Made by a program: the position numbers and the translations under genes. The notes beneath the pieces were generated by a model, which ran no database searches, was not told the origin of the DNA, and worked only from the letters and a program-made list of their open reading frames with translations. Below, piece by piece: positions 28,077 to 36,193 of a stretch of 64,000 nt of DNA (position 1 is the stretch's first letter; the number at the start of each line of letters is the position of its first letter). The stretch covers positions 21,390,001 through 21,454,000 of the forward strand of contig OZ249442.1 in assembly GCA_965235115.1 (NCBI GenBank). Reading direction: 5' to 3'. Source of the DNA: Laetmonice hystrix (taxonomy: Eukaryota).

Positions 28077-31000
28077 ATGGAAGAATCAATCAATCAATCA
28101 GTAATAAAGAATTAGAATAAAATAAATAAATAAATGTGTTCTCTACTTACAAATGCGTCGACTCTGATGTGCCACATGCCATATTTGGGTTGCTTAGACA
28201 GAGGAAACTGAAGTTCTAATACACCTGTAGTAGAAATAGTTAAATGACATAAACATCGGTTATCAGGCTACTAAAGTAACCCTCCTTACTATCGATGAAA
28301 CTATGTAACATCATCCTAAAGATAAACTCCAGGACATCCACAATAGCCTTCCAATCATTCGATTCATCTCCGCATTTAAGACGGAGACAATGGAGCAAGA
28401 GGAATGCTAAGAGAGCAATACAATGAAATCTGAGTTGTTAAAAATGTGGTGAATAAAATATATTTCATTTAAGCCGCAGTGAAACAAAATACACAACACA
28501 TAAACAAGCAAATCAGCTTGTCAACTCGCCTCCAGCGTTAGTCTGCATGGCTAGCCATCTCTTTACCGTCGTATTGGATGGATCCTAGCAAATATATCAA
28601 AACATCGCTGTCAACAAACACTCTCTAATTTTTATCAAATGTCATTTCGACTTTATATAGCTAAAACTGTACAACATGTGTCTTGCAATATTGGGTACAT
28701 AATTCAAGTAGTCTAATAACCTGTTGTCATCTGGCGACATGGGATTTTAACCAGTTTTTTTCTCCGCCACTGAATCTGAGAACGAGAGGATAAGGACCTT
28801 TAAGGGGGCATTTGCAATTTTTTTCAGGCAGTACAACAGATATTCTCACCTGGATATAGACGTCCATACTTCCACTTTTTGACATCAGATTAGTCAGTAA
28901 CGGGATTACCCGGAAATACACTGAATAATATCAAGTTATACGTAAAACAATTACAATAAACCAAACTTTTTCTACCGACCTTAAATATAACTCGTGCTCT
29001 AATATGCATTTATCCAAAGGGTTCATAATTCACAAAGGAGTACGTACACACTTTTGGGCTGGGGGATTACGTACGTAACACTTCAATATTAAATGCCAGA
29101 CAACAAACATCCGCATTTGCATATTATATTCATGATCTTGAACTTGTACACAATTTCCCGAATCCTACTGGATATCGTAAGCCTAGGTTACCTGTCTGTC
29201 CCTGTCTGAAAAACGGCCTGATGGGAAGGATGAATACGGCAAGCTGCTTGGAGTCATAAATTAATTTGGTCTCGTTCAGGAACAGAGAACCTCCAATTCC
29301 ACTTTTCTCACTCCCTTCAACCCTAAGAGTATAGTTGCCTGGTTCAGCATTCTTCGGGATCTGGATACAGCGAACATTTGCCGTTAAAAATACTTCTACG
29401 TACTCACAGGATGTGAGTTTGTACTAGGAAACTTGAAGCGCATTCTAATCTTAATTTTTCATCCTATCCTAATTTACCTTCGGGGAAAACCACATTATTA
29501 TTATAATTTAATAAAGTCATAATAGCAATATATGCGACAGAGCACGTAGGCATCTATGCCAGGTCTATAGTGTGGAGACCCAAAGGGTTTCAACTTCACT
29601 GTATCTAGAGATACACTGAAGAAAGACGCTAGGGTCGGAGACCTATATATAAGGAAACATGCAAGTATACCGTTTAGGCTGAACCTGAGGAAAACATTAC
29701 ATGTGTTTATATTTTTTATTGGTACATGCAACCTGCAAAGCCATTTTCATACAAACAAATTACAGGGTTCTTGTTATTCTGCCTGTTTGTTCCCTTGTTT
29801 CTTTGCCCACCTTGAGCTGGACAATGGAATGTCCAGGCGCCGTGAATGTCCTCTCAGCAAATATTACGTCCTCTCGATCCCGCCTGATGGCGCACCGAAC
29901 GGTGATTTGTGGGTAGTAGAGCTTCAGTATGGACACTGACAGTTGGATCACGTGATCGGGTCGGACCTTCTTGGGAGCCGTCACGAAATAGGACCTTCGC
30001 GGAAATCAGCAAACTTGAGAGTGAGTCGGGGAGTGAGTCAGTAAGTGAGTGTCCTGTCGGCAAGCTTCAGGGTTATGACAATGTAAATGTGGAATCAAAA
30101 GAGGCAAGGTCACTGTTGTAAAAATGAGGGAACCTTTAGTCTAACTATCAATAAGACATTTAATATTTGAGTCCTGAATAAACGCTGCAACTCAGAAATG
30201 CAAAGCAGAACATGAAAAATGGCTGGAATTCACAACCTCGAAACGATCTTCTGTTTGCTCACTATTGCTGTACCTGAATACCTCTACATCTGTAACATCC
30301 TACTACATCAATGATGAAATAGTTGATTTAACACCACTCCCACTGGCTGGGATGTGGATTCGATACAATTCTAGCAACTGACATAAACACCAAATAATAT
30401 TCATGTTTCAGATTTAATGCCAGATCAATCTTGACCAGAAGAATCCCTTCCATCTGTTTATTGTTCTCGTGTAAAACCTTTCTTTGTACGAAAGTTACCT
30501 ATAAAAACCTAACTGCTCTGAGTTTATTTTATAAGATACTAGGCTGAGGGTTCACAATGTTCATTTTTTTAAACTTCTTTGATAGAGTTATGACTTTGAC
30601 ACTGGATATTGCCAGATCGGTGTTATGTAGCCTACAGATTTACATATGAACTGGGCCGATCCTTTAGTTTATATCACCTTTTCTATTGAAATTTTTAAAA
30701 GGTAGAAACAAGTTGGTTACTCTTTTTTTTAGAGGAAATGTTTTAGTTTGTCTTTGAATTTACTGAATTGCCGTTACAACCATTACATGGGCTTGGTGTT
30801 ATCAAAGTCCATAAATTACTTTATTCTAAGAAATACAATACTACAGCATGCAAGGCACGCATTTGTGCAAAAAGAACAATATCCTAAGGCTAGAATGTGA
30901 GATTATAAGATTAAATATATATGTTTCCTGAAAACGTGGAGAGAAATTCGAATAAGGACATCAAAAGTAGGTCACACATGAACAGGTGCCTTGGGGGAAA

Positions 31001-31135
31001 AATAAAGGGTCAATGTGGAACTTACGCTTCTCGTCCTAACGTACATCCATCCTCCTCGCAGTAATCCTGACTCTGTACTGGGGCGAGTTGTAATAAAAAC
31101 ACAACTGCTGTAATTAGGCCTACGTTCAGCCACAT
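4562..31135 (-). CDS. Mcr: Macroglobulin complement-related (Mcr/TEP6-like) thioester-family protein, 36 coding exons, 1569 aa; lacks thioester Cys, has LDLa module and C-terminal hydrophobic anchor
   Basis: 36 AG..GT(GC)-bounded exons join in phase to 4710 nt with no internal stop. Motifs: signal MWLNVGLITAVVFLLQLAPVQS, SYFVTAPKKVRP, LDLa [97 protein letters not shown]. The motif order matches what I recall of Drosophila Mcr. Confidence 0.93.
5216..5321 (-). CDS. Mcr: Mcr exon 35 (LSMDWTCVKW...RWFPIANMT...VYDYYEP)
   Basis: RW.P.AN and YDYYEP motifs; AG/GTAC bounded. Confidence 0.94.
5485..5674 (-). CDS. Mcr: Mcr exon 34 (WTRPDLRPMSGLSVMEVHVPSGF...KMVFYFDY)
   Basis: Receptor-binding (MG8) domain motifs; AG/GTAAGT bounded. 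Confidence 0.93.
5962..6095 (-). CDS. Mcr: Mcr exon 33 (LGTDVNVEYPEQ...GRNSSILNMEACAR)
   Basis: AG/GT bounded, phase 2 matches exon 34. Confidence 0.91.
6241..6303 (-). CDS. Mcr: Mcr exon 32 (VFPVWGSVRGDVQGTGLALIQ)
   Basis: G.G.ALIQ motif; AG/GTAAG bounded. Confidence 0.93.
6556..6717 (-). CDS. Mcr: Mcr exon 31 (DSVMALKALVEY...MQEVN)
   Basis: STQ|DS..ALKAL.EY motif; AG/GTAAGT bounded. Confidence 0.93.
6874..7106 (-). CDS. Mcr: Mcr exon 30 (GENEYWT...VEATSYALL...KWL...GMASTQ)
   Basis: TED C-terminal motifs; AG/GTAAG bounded. Confidence 0.94.
7164..7366. mobile_element. MITE with 16-bp imperfect TIRs (CA(C/T)TGGGGGATCCAGG)
   Basis: Inverted termini at 7164-7179 and 7351-7366 inside Mcr intron 29. 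Confidence 0.65.
7536..7710 (-). CDS. Mcr: Mcr exon 29 (SAVDVLGESRDRARNYLEK...DPYEMCIMTYAL...)
   Basis: YL and DPY...TYAL motifs; AG/GTGAGT bounded. Confidence 0.92.
7848..8243. repeat. About 80-bp tandem repeat, 5 copies, each with an AGAGGGCG core
   Basis: Units start at 7848, 7938, 8017, 8098, 8178. Confidence 0.92.
8743..8896. mobile_element. Short MITE with 14-bp TIR CAGGGCCGTGCCCAG-like ends
   Basis: Inverted termini; TTATA on both flanks. Confidence 0.7.
9018..9183 (-). repeat. Dispersed repeat, about 165 bp (second copy at 59554-59720, opposite strand)
   Basis: High similarity by eye, e.g. CGATCACCAGAC...CCCGCTAGAGGCCGCTCGTCGCTC...GGGTCTGGACACAAAC. Confidence 0.85.
11491..11592 (-). 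CDS. Mcr: Mcr exon 28 (PNKTMNDSG...IPLTSYVLIALSEIKGISG)
   Basis: LTSYVLIAL motif; AG/GTAAGT bounded. Confidence 0.93.
12038..12212 (-). CDS. Mcr: Mcr exon 27 (VTAFTLRILNEA...EGAFVEISPIYDIKMQ)
   Basis: WVTAF and G.F.E motifs; AG/GTAG bounded. Confidence 0.93.
12417..12501 (-). CDS. Mcr: Mcr exon 26 ([29 protein letters not shown])
   Basis: QRQL.Y...DGSF TED motif; AG/GTAAG bounded. Confidence 0.93.
12555..14511. mobile_element. Non-autonomous Transib-type DNA transposon: 239-bp perfect TIRs starting CACTGTG, 5-bp TSD AATTT
   Basis: 12555-12793 is the exact reverse complement of 14273-14511; AATTT at 12550-12554 and 14512-14516; no long internal ORF. Confidence 0.85.
15025..15213 (-). CDS. 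Mcr: Mcr exon 25, degenerate thioester site (PWGGAEQNM)
   Basis: GDVVGPGF...GGAEQNMYNFAYTLYNLLY; AG/GTAAG bounded. Confidence 0.94.
16173..16344 (-). CDS. Mcr: Mcr exon 24 (YDGVTNHLHTPYFLDL...KAVVGIV)
   Basis: AG/GTGAGT bounded, 172 nt. Confidence 0.93.
16937..17065 (-). CDS. Mcr: Mcr exon 23 (VPKGRFKQIQMPVLPIKDG...RMCTT)
   Basis: AG/GTTGG bounded, 129 nt, in phase. Confidence 0.88.
17428..17544 (-). CDS. Mcr: Mcr exon 22 (ALVMLHDSEDYRFIVVEDYGIVESYMPR...)
   Basis: AG/GTAAGT bounded, 117 nt. Confidence 0.93.
17775..17888 (-). CDS. Mcr: Mcr exon 21 (HEGTRPFYVRTEAPMRVRKGEQVG...)
   Basis: AG/GT bounded, PF....P..VR.GE motif. Confidence 0.93.
18258..18480. other. Assembly gap (N run) in Mcr intron 20
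   Basis: N bases; flanking exons join in frame, so no coding exon appears to be missing. Confidence 0.99.
18486..18603 (-). CDS. Mcr: Mcr exon 20 (PNGRLDVITEIPDEPMTWILGGFAISKDRGFGII)
   Basis: AG/GTGAG bounded, PD..TW...FAIS...GFG motif. Confidence 0.93.
18990..19098 (-). CDS. Mcr: Mcr exon 19 (CSFEEKKIYTEPRKR...TWLWGSHFVM)
   Basis: AG/GTAGG bounded, TWLW motif. Confidence 0.92.
19388..19501 (-). CDS. Mcr: Mcr exon 18, LDL-receptor class A module
   Basis: [37 protein letters not shown]; phase 1-1 exon, GTCAGT donor. Confidence 0.93.
19871..19919 (-). CDS. Mcr: Mcr exon 17 (YAGLLVLTDANVTRIP)
   Basis: AG/GTGAGT bounded, 49 nt. Confidence 0.92.
20273..20288 (-). promoter_or_regulatory. CTCF-consensus-like site GGCCGCTAGGGGGCGC in Mcr intron 16
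   Basis: Close match to the CCASYAGRKGGCRS-type core; binding not demonstrated. Confidence 0.4.
20397..20534 (-). CDS. Mcr: Mcr exon 16 (IVRELQTFDNH...YGIDANTTFE)
   Basis: AG/GT bounded, FPA..YGIDAN.TFE motif. Confidence 0.93.
21115..21264 (-). CDS. Mcr: Mcr exon 15 (VNIKFNRGKDFTG...FITEID)
   Basis: AG/GTAAG bounded, 150 nt. Confidence 0.92.
21649..21834 (-). CDS. Mcr: Mcr exon 14 (LTSGGNIVTGG...DSLNFFINGTRLNP)
   Basis: AG/GT bounded, 186 nt. Confidence 0.93.
22417..22479 (-). CDS. Mcr: Mcr exon 13 (VDKYMVFTVTTNTFVEVIYYL)
   Basis: AG/GTAAGT bounded, 63 nt. Confidence 0.92.
22817..23099. mobile_element. MITE with TGGCCCCGGTTTC termini and long internal inverted arms
   Basis: Terminal 13-bp inverted match plus about 36-bp subterminal inverted match. 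Confidence 0.75.
23284..23391 (-). CDS. Mcr: Mcr exon 12 (AYYDNMETRVRELTAYRHYSPTQSYITIRSSTETPA)
   Basis: AG/GT bounded, HYSP motif. Confidence 0.92.
23460..24005. mobile_element. MITE-like element with GGACAATCACCCC-type subterminal repeats in inverted orientation
   Basis: Repeated GACAA..CCCC motifs at the left end and their complements at the right end; boundaries approximate. Confidence 0.45.
24204..24389 (-). CDS. Mcr: Mcr exon 11 (YAVRHLDNTPL...LIRMT)
   Basis: AG/GTAGGT bounded, 186 nt. Confidence 0.9.
24708..24938 (-). CDS. Mcr: Mcr exon 10 (FPGTADFMFSMEEL...TFKPNQTLDVY)
   Basis: AG/GTAAGT bounded, 231 nt. Confidence 0.92.
25734..25857 (-). CDS. Mcr: Mcr exon 9 (MSIGQSSRGNVTITAEIR...PTRY)
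   Basis: AG/GTGAGT bounded, 124 nt. Confidence 0.9.
26111..27500. repeat. 29/31-bp minisatellite, about 47 copies, derived from the Mcr exon 8 / intron 8 junction
   Basis: Unit ATCTTACTTGGCCAGGATGGAGTGTGAAT; the last unit overlaps exon 8 (27488-27500). Confidence 0.96.
27488..27572 (-). CDS. Mcr: Mcr exon 8 (FLTYIDVNVSMPLYHIADDYAIGGTIMAN)
   Basis: AG/GTAAGA bounded, 85 nt. Confidence 0.92.
27812..27851 (-). CDS. Mcr: Mcr exon 7 (GHEYYKEFEVIEF)
   Basis: AG/GTGAGT bounded, 40 nt, in phase. Confidence 0.9.
27991..28135. repeat. (AAAT)n microsatellite tracts
   Basis: Direct reading. Confidence 0.9.
28151..28224 (-). CDS. Mcr: Mcr exon 6 (GVLELQFPLSKQPKYGMWHIRVDAF)
   Basis: AG/GTAAGT bounded, LS.QP.YG.W motif. 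Confidence 0.93.
28530..28584 (-). CDS. Mcr: Mcr exon 5 (DPSNTTVKRWLAMQTNAG), GC donor
   Basis: DP..KRW motif of MG2; phase-1 donor GAG|GCGAGT. Confidence 0.85.
28850..28920 (-). CDS. Mcr: Mcr exon 4 (VYFRVIPLLTNLMSKSGSMDVYIQ)
   Basis: AG/GTGAG bounded, 71 nt. Confidence 0.92.
29192..29360 (-). CDS. Mcr: Mcr exon 3 (IPKNAEPGNYTLRVEG...FFRQGQT)
   Basis: AG/GT bounded, 169 nt, in phase. Confidence 0.93.
29811..29994 (-). CDS. Mcr: Mcr exon 2 (SYFVTAPKKVRPDHVIQLSVSILK...IVQLK)
   Basis: AG/GT bounded, 184 nt, TEP MG1 motif. Confidence 0.93.
31026..31135 (-). CDS. Mcr: Mcr exon 1: signal peptide + QDYCEEDGCTLGRE
   Basis: AAAG-ATG start, 22-aa hydrophobic signal ending VQS, GTAAG donor, phase 2 matches exon 2. 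Confidence 0.9.
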
Positions 31136-31509
31136 CTTTCAACTGCTTTTTTGCTATATCGTTGGCAATGAATGCGGCTATTTCACCGACCGCTTACCGC
31201 CATCTTTGAAAGTACGGAGCGGAGTATGATGATTAACCTCACTGATAAAACCCAGTCCTAAAGGTTGGCGTACCGCCGTTATCAGGTCATTAGATAAAGT
31301 GACCTAAATCAGGAAATTCAGGTGAATCACGCAGGAAATCAAACAAACCATTGGGCAGAGTCATGCACGTAAAGTACCTATTTTTAAAATCAACTTTATT
31401 TAAATGTATGGCGCAGAATTTTCTTATCATCGCAACTTTTTTGGTATTGAGACATAAGTAAGTACACGGACACACACAGGTGTGAATACGGTATAGGATA
31501 ATAACTTAC

Positions 31510-31623
31510 TAAATAGTCAACACAGGCTAGGCTCGGACGGATATTTCACCGTTTCACGCAGAAGTTTGGACAACCAAAAATTTGTTCCAAAATGTTTGTC
31601 TCAATGCGCGAATAAAATCTATC
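31510..31623 (-). other. Candidate 5' UTR exon of Mcr
   Basis: TTTCAG acceptor and GTAAGT donor, no ATG, about 370 nt upstream of the start codon. Confidence 0.3.
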
Positions 31624-31991
31624 CTGAAACGGATTATCGCCGATAATTCACGAGGAGATCAGAGGTTTCAGGAGATAAAGCCAAATAGAATATTCTTTGA
31701 CCCAAATCTCGGGTAGTAAAATATTGCGCACATGCTGAACAGTTTTTGTCTTATCCTTACTTAACCTGGGCCATGGGCACCACTGGCAGAGATCTTTTAT
31801 TTGAAATCTGAGAACACTGCATTGTGGCATCTGCATACAACAATCGTAATAAAAATCCAAACCCCTATATTGTAATTGAAGGAAAGGAAAGGAGGATCAA
31901 TTTACTATAGAGTGTGTTCCATTCTCTTTGCTTTTATTCCACCATCCTCAAACGGGATGGAAAGTTATCCTGGGCTTGGAAAGAGTATTAA

Positions 31992-32521
31992 AGGGGCATA
32001 TTATGAGGAAACGTGAAAATTCGGTATTTCAAAGAACTTCTGCTGTTTCCATAAAGAGATCCTTTATTAATATTGCTTGGTAAACAAAGACAGACTTATC
32101 TGTTTCATTTTGTGTGAGAAATCGAAGTTTATGAAGCTCCCTTACCCGCTTTTCTGCCGATTTCGTACAATATTTTGGGGGGGGCATTCTGATGCCGGAC
32201 GATCGTGTGCAACTGCTGAATTGTTTACAACTAAGCGAAGCACGTGACTAAGCACATGCAGAGAGTGCACACGCAGGATGTGACACAGTATGCAATTACA
32301 CGGGTTGATGGGAGGTTGTCTATAGCAAATTATGGCGGGAGATGTGCTATCGGGAGAAATCTATAGGTTTGGTCGTATAGAATCTACTTGTGCTGCATAC
32401 GCAGCGAAAACACGTCGGAGGACAAAATGCTGTGGTAGGATTTTTTACTTAGATCCCTAGTACACGGTCATGTTGGATAATTGCCGGAAATCCTAAAAAA
32501 CGTGTTTCATAGCATGCCCCT
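31992..32521. mobile_element. Kolobok-like non-autonomous element (AGGGGCAT termini, TTAA / TGAA flanks)
   Basis: AGGGGCATATTATG vs CATAGCATGCCCCT; TTAA at the left flank, one mismatch at the right. Confidence 0.5.
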
Positions 32522-33268
32522 TGAACAATCGTCACAACACGAGAGGCAAAGCCATGTAACATCGGAGAAAGAATAAATTCTAGGACAAACGTTTACCATG
32601 GAATTTATCATCTCTGTACAAGATCACTGTACCGCGCGTTATTTCGTTCATTTTGCACTATTTTAACCATTGACATTCAGGGTACTTCATAATCCGGAAG
32701 GGTGATCGAGTCCATTGCTCAGTCGCTGTCATTCATACGTTTTGTCATTCATGTATTTCTCCCTATATATCTGCACTCCATCATTCCCGCCATCTTTATT
32801 AAATTCAACACCCGTCAGTTTCTATTCTCCATCCCAATTCGCTGAACGGGCAAAAGACCACTGTCACATTCCATCATTGTGTTGTTCATTTAATATGCAA
32901 TCAACCATGAGAATATACTAGACGCGAATAGATTCGGTTATAATGGCTTGTCATGGATTGATCGGAAATACGTTCAGTTGCCTTGACTCTATTTGTTGAA
33001 GCATCGCACTTTTTGCGCAACTGTTTTATGTGAATTCGTTAAACTATATAAAACAGATTTTGCAGGAAATCCAGATTTTTACATTTCTGTCAAGTGTACA
33101 TTATGTTGTTAATTTTTTCATCAATAACCTGGCAAGAAATCCTGCTTTCAACTATTTTATAGTGCTTGATATTGTGCAGTTGTTTCTTTCCCTAAATTAA
33201 TTTGGCAGAAATTCATGAATGTCAACTGTTTTTTGACTGTTTGCATGACCTAAAAGTTACACAAAAAA

Positions 33269-33917
33269 TTCCTCAGGTACTTACCTTTGACCCCCAGGGA
33301 CACCATGTTAGATTTCCAGGGTCGGGTGATAAGCGAAAGTATGTAAATAGGGGAATGGAAAAATATATTCTGCTATATTCTGTGATCTATAAAAGCTTGA
33401 AAAAATAGTAGCCTCGTCCCCGGCCAAACAGACACGTCCGCTATGTTAGGCCAGGTGCTGGGTAATTGCAACTGTAAGAAAAACGACAAGCGGAAGGAAG
33501 TTGATTAAGCCCCAAGCACTTCCGCTTCCGTTGCGTTGGTCAACATCAACGGAGTGACCGATCTCTGCTTGGCCGATGACACTACGTCTACATCAAGAAA
33601 AGCGAGGACATTCAACACAAGTGGTTTGTGTTTTAAAGGGATTGACGAAAATAGCTGTATCTTGTTGGAGGAATACGGAGGGTACGGAACTACCTTCGAC
33701 GTTTGCGTCCATGTTTTCGATGAGCCAATCACAATTCTCTCCTTGGTTAGCTTTCACCAGGCTCTATATACGTAGTCAATATAGACCTGAAGACCAGGCT
33801 AGAGAAAATAGCGACCGGGTGGTAGGGTAACTCGGAAAGTCATGTTTCGCTTATCGCTCGAACCTGACATTTTAACATGGTGTCCCTGGGGTTCAACGGT
33901 AAATATTGGAGGAATGG
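33269..33917. mobile_element. MITE-like element with about 70-bp imperfect inverted arms
   Basis: 33278-33343 matches the reverse complement of 33841-33906 (CCCCAGGGACACCATGTTA core). Confidence 0.6.
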
Positions 33918-34290
33918 TTGGTGCCACTTAACTGTTTCTGTCACCAATCTGGCTAACCTAGTGCCTGAGCTCCGATATTTCTGAGTATAGTCCCGACATC
34001 CTGACAAAATTTGTCATTTAATTTATGTCATTTAACATTTAAAGGTAATCGGTCCGAAAATTGAAATAAATGCAGTCAATTCAACAAAACTTAAGTAAAA
34101 ACAATTATTTTAAGGGTTTTTTAGCAGTCTGGTACCATGGCGCGTCCATATCGACAATATTTTTAATTAATTAATTAAGCGTTGACCCATTTGGCTAGAG
34201 ACGAGAGCACGCGAATCACATCATTCCCTTATTTGGATTATGTGGGGAGGGCTGGTGGAGCAGTGCGAGGCAACGCATGCGCCCAACCCC

Positions 34291-34304
34291 GTTGCTATAG
34301 TAAC
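34291..34304. promoter_or_regulatory. RFX X-box-like palindrome GTTGCTATAGTAAC with adjacent ACGCATGCGC (NRF1-like) motif
   Basis: Matches the GTNRC-N-RGYAAC X-box consensus within a GC-rich island. Confidence 0.45.
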
Positions 34305-34782
34305 GACCGCCCTAACAATGCTAACGCGGCCATGGCGGTCGTTCTCGGTTCTCAGTCCATTGAGATGAATAAATATGGGACGTATCGCCTTATTATGGCT
34401 CGTAATCAGCAATAGACCTAGCACAAGAATGTTATGGATACGACAGAACGTATTATCAGTCCAGTGGGATAGATTCCAGATCAGGTAAGCTTGAAATACG
34501 CAGATTCGTAGGAGATAGGAACAGCACTTCGCAAAAATCAGCGACCGTAGGGTGATCGATTCACTTTAATGTTTTGGGAAAACAGGAAACCGCCTGTGTT
34601 ATTCCTATGAGATGATTACCTTTGAAAAGGCAGGAGTATTACGGGCTACTAATACACTCTTCTCATTGGCTGAAATTCACGTTTACTGCGAGGCTGTTCT
34701 AGATTCATGCGCCATTGAGCAGGTTGAACTCTGACGAGTCCCTAGAAAATATGCCCAACCATCAAGTGGTGCATGGTATCTA

Positions 34783-35489
34783 AAGCCTAGGTCCCACTAG
34801 GGCCTGCGATTCCCTGCGATCAGTTCAGTCGTGCGACTAGGGCTGGTCGTGGGTAGTCGTCCATATTTTTTTGCGATTTGAATGTACCGGTCACATTGTA
34901 AGACCTGTCGTGAGACCTGTAGAAGGCCTATTACGACTGATAGCACCACTAATCGCCCGACTCCGGCACGATTACCCAGGACCACGTACGAGTGATAAGG
35001 CCCTGTCGCACAACTGGCCACGACCTCCTGGGACTGCTTATGGCACTGAGAGAGACTGCCCGCGACCGCAGGGTGCACTGTGGAGCAGGGCTGCAACCGA
35101 GGTGAATGCTGACATGCCTGCAGACCGAGGGCCCTATATATACCCCGCTGATTAGTCTTGGCCAGTGGCAGGAACAGCACAGGACACCTCACGACTTGTC
35201 CTCCAGTTGCACGACTTGTCTTCCAATCAGGTCTGGTCGCACAACTGACGACTAGGTTGCGACAGACTGAGACTACTTCAGTCGCAGGGAGGTTATTGCA
35301 CATGAGCAACAACCTCCCTGCGATAGATTTTGGTCGTGCGATTATGGGGAATTATGGAGGACTACCCACGACCACCCAGGACTTGTGGCATGACTTTTAT
35401 AAGATTTTATAAGATTACCTGGGATTTATAATCGCAGCCTGGTCGTACCCTGTTGTAAGTGGTTGTATTTCCTAGTGGGACCTAGGCTT
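34783..35489. mobile_element. MITE with perfect 19-bp TIR AAGCCTAGGTCCCACTAGG, TA flanks (PIF/Harbinger-like termini)
   Basis: TIRs at 34783-34801 and 35471-35489; internal ACGAC/GTCGT subrepeats. Confidence 0.82.
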
Positions 35490-36011
35490 TAAAGGCCGGT
35501 ATACACAGAACGACACGGACTAAAGACTCCCAACGAACTAGTTGTCGTGAGTCCGGAGGGGTCTTAGGTCCTAAAGACTCGTCTACTGTCAGAAAACTCA
35601 TGACAACTGCGGACAGCTGCGGACAACAAGAGACTGGTGTCTGAAGGGTGCATACACAGAACGACAGTGACGGACAAGACTCGCACAGACGTGTCTTTAG
35701 GAGCTAGTTGCAACTAGTCCGTTGCTGTCTTTACGTGCTGTGTGTGTCACCCAGCAAGAATCCATGTCGGCTGACGGGAATGTCTTTTTTAGTGTTATAA
35801 TACTTATACATGACTGGGTGATTAACTAGAATTGGGAACTACTTTCTAGTGTGATCCAACATGGTGCTGCATAATAAATATTCCGAGCACAAGCTTCTCC
35901 TGCAGCAAACACGACCAGAATCTGTCATACTGTATGATAAGCTATAAGCAAGGATTATTATAAGCAAAGATAATTATCCTTGCTATAAGTGTGTGTATCT
36001 GGTCGTATTAA

Positions 36012-36193
36012 TTAAACCAACGTGTGACATACAGCTGGCACAGACAGTACTGTTATACAGTCAAGCGGGTGGTTAAACCAACGTGTGACATACAGCTGGC
36101 ACAGACAGTACTATTATACAGTCAAGCGGGTGGTTAAACCAACGGGTGACATACAGCTGGCACAGACAGTACTATTATACAGTCAAGCGGTTA
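36012..36193. repeat. 61-bp tandem repeat, 3 copies
   Basis: TTAAACCAACG(T/G)GTGACATACAGCTGGCACAGACAGTACT.TTATACAGTCAAGCGG. Confidence 0.93.

Noticed and set aside
34797-35412. Overlapping ORFs up to 171 aa
   Set aside because: Lie wholly within a TIR-bounded MITE with short subrepeats
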